From NCBI GenBank assembly GCA_036172245.1, contig JAYWIR010000009.1, positions 2,356,001-2,420,000 of the forward strand: a stretch of DNA of 64,000 bases. The letters run 5' to 3'. The notes below the pieces were generated by a model that saw nothing but the letters and a program-made list of their open reading frames with translations, did not search any database and was not told the origin of the DNA. The stretch is from Raillietiella orientalis. Taxonomy: Eukaryota. The stretch's first letter is position 1, and each line of letters begins with the position of its first letter. This document shows, piece by piece, positions 60,040 to 64,000 of this stretch. A program made the position numbers and the translations under genes.

Positions 60040-61150
60040 TTTTTGGCTGCGAGGGTTCGCTCCACATTAGGGCAATTGCAACAGAGAAGTGGGAATATTG
60101 CCGGGATCTACTGGAAACGAACTCTTGAGTAAGAATTTCCACATACTGGATCTCCAGGGTTTGCTCGTGTGCGCACCTAGAAGGATTCACATGTGCCGTA
60201 ACACTTACCTGGAGGAGTCCCAAAATCCGTAGTCCCGTCCCAGAAGCGAGATGACTCCCACCAAGCCCGAGTCAAGTTGAAACGCATTCGCTAGCTGGTG
60301 AATTCCCCCGCCTGCTCACCCTCAGACGGAGGAAGGGTAAGCGGGTCCATGAATCGATGCGCGATGTTTCAGATGCTTCGGCAGCAATTGCACTCAAATT
60401 GATACGCAATGTCCCCATCTCCCGCGGAAGCTGCTCAGCCAGTGCTTGCGCTGTTGGTCTTATGTTCGATGAGGAAGCATCTCGGGCTCTCAGCCTCACT
60501 GGAGCCGGCAGCGCACAAACCCTTCCACCGTCTTTGCGCCCAGAGACGAATCTCTGCCGTGACCGTTGGATGAGGGAAAGATGGGGGGATGCTTCGTGCT
60601 ATCGAAGGAAAGGCGCGGTAGGTCCGGTAATGCCATCAAGAGCCTTGGGTGCGTGGGCGGATGGTCCGTGCACGCTCGAAAGGGAAGCGTTGTGCACCAC
60701 ATATGAAGCCTCCACGTACGATGCACCCACGAGGAAGAGAACCACCTCCGGGCTGAGCTTGAGCCTTCTCCAGGCACGAGCGCGGACATCGCTGGGCAGA
60801 AAATACCTCGATCCCTTTATGAACCGCGTGCTGCGTCCGGCAGCATCGGACTCCGCGGGATTTGCCCACTGAACGGCGACCACTTCTGGACTCAGGAAGC
60901 AAGTGGTTTAACTCCAGGGTCGCCGATCAGAATGATGCTAGTGCTGACTCGGTGACTCCGGAGCGTTTGCTATCATCAAGCAAAGAAGCGAAATCAGTAG
61001 AACTCCGGAAAGTTCGATCTGCCTCCCAGGCCTTCGCGACCGAACTGCGAGCGGGTGGTTCTTTCGTGGACTGGCGGATTCCAATGGATCGACGTCCCCC
61101 CCTTTGCTTGTCTGTTTGTTGGCTTTTAGTTTTGGAAAACCAACTCTCCA
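60040..61150 (-). mobile_element. Degenerate reverse-transcriptase region, probably R2-superfamily
   Basis: In order: KQRGD.DPL (QGDPLS-like), FASLLDD (FADD-like), RYFL...LKLSP, ALDGIT, DSWTRLP, LLGRDY; many frameshifts. Confidence 0.4.
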
Positions 61151-64000
61151 GTGTCACCGGATGACTGCCGGGCGGCCGCCGTGCATCGCTTAGGGGTCGT
61201 CAATGCAATAGTGGCATCGCCGAGTGCAACCACTTCAGGCTGAGTGTGGATCTATGCACGGTATGTTGCAGACCAGAGATAGTGCCGATTGTGTGTGGTG
61301 GTGGGGCAAACCTAGAAATCGAACAGACCTTCAATCATCGGGTCATCAAGCAGACCATGATCGACGAGAAAGACATGACAGACTGGTAGCCTCCTTGAAG
61401 AGGGATACCCCGAAACATCGGGACTGTTCCAGGAACGGATCTGAAGCTAAGGACGGGTTCTGGTGCTCCAGGGAGGAGGTCGCTCGGTTCTGGATGGTCT
61501 CACGATCCTTAGGATCTTGGACTTAAGAGAACGACATGCTGAAAGATCTGAGGATTTCAAAGAGGCAGACGGAGAGGATGCAAAGGAAGATGGCGTGCTC
61601 GAAGGAAGATCCACTAGTTCTGGGAACTGATTCATCTCCCACACTGAAATCAGCAGCCTTCGAGGTGAAAGAGTCTTGAGAAAACCAAGCGGCCAACACG
61701 AAGGAATGTTTGTGTACACTCCCGGCATTTCGAGACGCCTCCTGCGCATCACAAAATCTGAATAAAAACCCTTGCGAGTGCTTTCCTCGAAGAGTGTGCC
61801 TTTGATACGAAACTGAATAATTCAGCTGCTGCACTTGGGAGGATTTCATCGGAGCCCAGATAAGATTAATCCAGAATGTTGCTGCCGTGGTCCATCCAGA
61901 GGAAAAGGATAAGAATTTGCTCTGGACCCCTGGAAAAGGATCGTCAGCACAATTTCGCTGTGTACTTGCTCTTACGTGCAGCTGCATCGATTGCAAACAG
62001 ACGTGAATGCACGCTGCATTGTAATCTGAACGGCAGCGAGGAAGACGGAGTTCGAGAAGAGCCAACTGGGGATGAACACGGAGATTACTCTTTTCGCGCT
62101 ACTTGGCTTTCGGGATTGCACTCCGCCGATCCCCAGCCTTGCAGGAGCCGTACGGTTCGTACTCTAGGTTTCTTCGCCCGGTTTCGAACCGAAGAAGCTA
62201 CAAGCACGTCTCAAAGAGTAACGGGTGGACAGGGTACGGCAGACGAATTTCATGGAAAGCAGCTAATCTTCTTATGCGATGAGGCACAGCTCACTCGCGA
62301 TCCTAGCGGAACGCGCGTGAACTAAATGCCCAGCAGACAGGTGGGAAACTCCGGCAAAGCAATGTACCATTGCTCCAGCATCCAACAATCCCAACACTCA
62401 CAGAGTAATGAAGAAGCGAAGCAGATCAGGAAGCATGTGGGCACCGCCTACAGCGCGTGCAAAGAGAAGCAAATGAAGATGGGGGGATGGCAGATTGATT
62501 GTGAAGATGAATCGTTTCCTTGTACCCCCTATGGACGAGAATACCTTCCTTCCGCTCCACGAACAAAATTTGAACAAAAAGTGACCGCTGGGGACGAAGG
62601 ATCAGCAAGCGGAAGCTGCGAAAAGCAAGCAGGAGCCAAGGATGCCCCGCTCTCAGATTATTTCATCACAGATCGCTGCGTCGTTAAAATGGTCTTTCAG
62701 GAAACGTCAGGCTGAACAGAGTGGGTAGGCTGAGGTGCATGTCGCTCGCTCGGTCATAATGGGACTTTTCCCGGTTTCGCTAGAAAATGGTCTGATACGA
62801 TTCCGGACGTTGCACCAGCATGCACGACGAGGGGAGTAACCGCTGGGTGCAAGAAATGGCTCCAGAAAAAAACGGTCGGGTGGAGAGACGGTCAGAGGAT
62901 AAGTCTGCAGCACCTCTTTTCGCCTCTCTCCGCGCTCCAGGTTTCTCCTACGATTTTCGGAGATTCTTCTCTTGCTTCTCGGGAAATTTTCAGCTTTTTA
63001 AACAATTCATCATTTTCCGAATGCCAAGGTCCTAGAAACCCTGTGGCGATTTTTGTTAGCCAGCGGGCAGTCCTTTGGAAGCGAAGCAGAGATGCCATTC
63101 TTGACATTTGCCGTCCTACTTCTCGCTCGTCCACTCAAGTGCTTGTGTTGAATATTTATAGGAGCAACATCTTGAGTGCTTCCTGGATCTCCAGATCCAG
63201 CTATGCAAGTTTCCAGTCTTGCCAGAAAAGTTCTTCTTAGCTTTATGGCAACCATCAGATTCTCAGGAGCTATTGCGTTACATCCAGCCCTAAGAGATAG
63301 ATGTTCGTTCCTAGCATGTAGCTACTCACTTGCCTTGGGACTCTACGAATTCCTGAGGGTTGTTTGTTACACCTGCATGTATGATGAGATTCTTCCGGGA
63401 AGCAATCCACACTGATTCATGCACTTCCAGGAAGAGTGGAAAGAATGCAAGAAAACGTCATGAGGATGTTCCTTCCCCGTGGATCGCAGGCGAGTCTGGC
63501 AATGAAGATTGGGTAAAAAGCTACCAACCGGAAAAGCTTGTATATTCATCCTGGTGGAAGATGCCAAGGTTCTGGGAAGGGGTGATCTGGCGCGTTTGTT
63601 TGAGATAGCAGGAGGATCGGACGAGTTGTGTTCGATAGCTGACAAGATGAAGAATCAGAATGTAGGAGAAACCGTCGTGGGTGTAACCTTGGGATGGCCA
63701 CTTCTTGGAGGGAGGTCACTTCCTGTTCGTAGTATCTCTGTCGAACCAGGATTCTGTGCAAAACCTGGAGCCATTTTCCGAGATTGCCGAAAACCCAGTG
63801 AACTCGTTTTTCCCCTCTGTATCCAAGGTTCGTTCATCTGCAGCACCCCTAAAAGTCTGGAAGCACATCTGCGTAGCAACAGCTGCAAGGAACAGAGTGT
63901 GGGCAGCGACAAATGTGCCCGCCGATGAAAACTTTGCCCTCATCTATTCATGCGTGCAAGTAGAAGTTTCGATTGCCCCTTCCACGCACTTCCAGGTCCT

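Overview
This is eukaryotic, most likely metazoan, genomic DNA of roughly balanced GC content; the organism cannot be identified from the sequence. There is no intact long ORF, and most of the ORF track is spurious or antisense to decayed repeats. The window is dominated by degenerate transposable elements: (i) about 9 fragments of an L1/Tx1-like non-LTR retrotransposon family, recognisable by ORF1, APE-endonuclease, RT-thumb and C-terminal CxxC..HxxxxC remnants and a shared 3' end (AATAAA followed by a CCCGG-N5-CCGGG hairpin, no poly(A) tail); (ii) about 8 copies of an ~800-bp tRNA-headed SINE-like family with a conserved core and an internal array of ~41-nt hairpin repeats; (iii) several R2-superfamily (restriction-like endonuclease) fragments; (iv) a palindromic mariner derivative made of two inverted transposase 3' halves; (v) a hAT/Charlie-type element. 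Scattered short GT-AG-flanked candidate exons lie between the repeats; the best encodes a divergent SH2-like domain on the + strand. Gene models are tentative and repeat boundaries are approximate (tens of bp). All calls come from reading and translating by eye; no database search was run.
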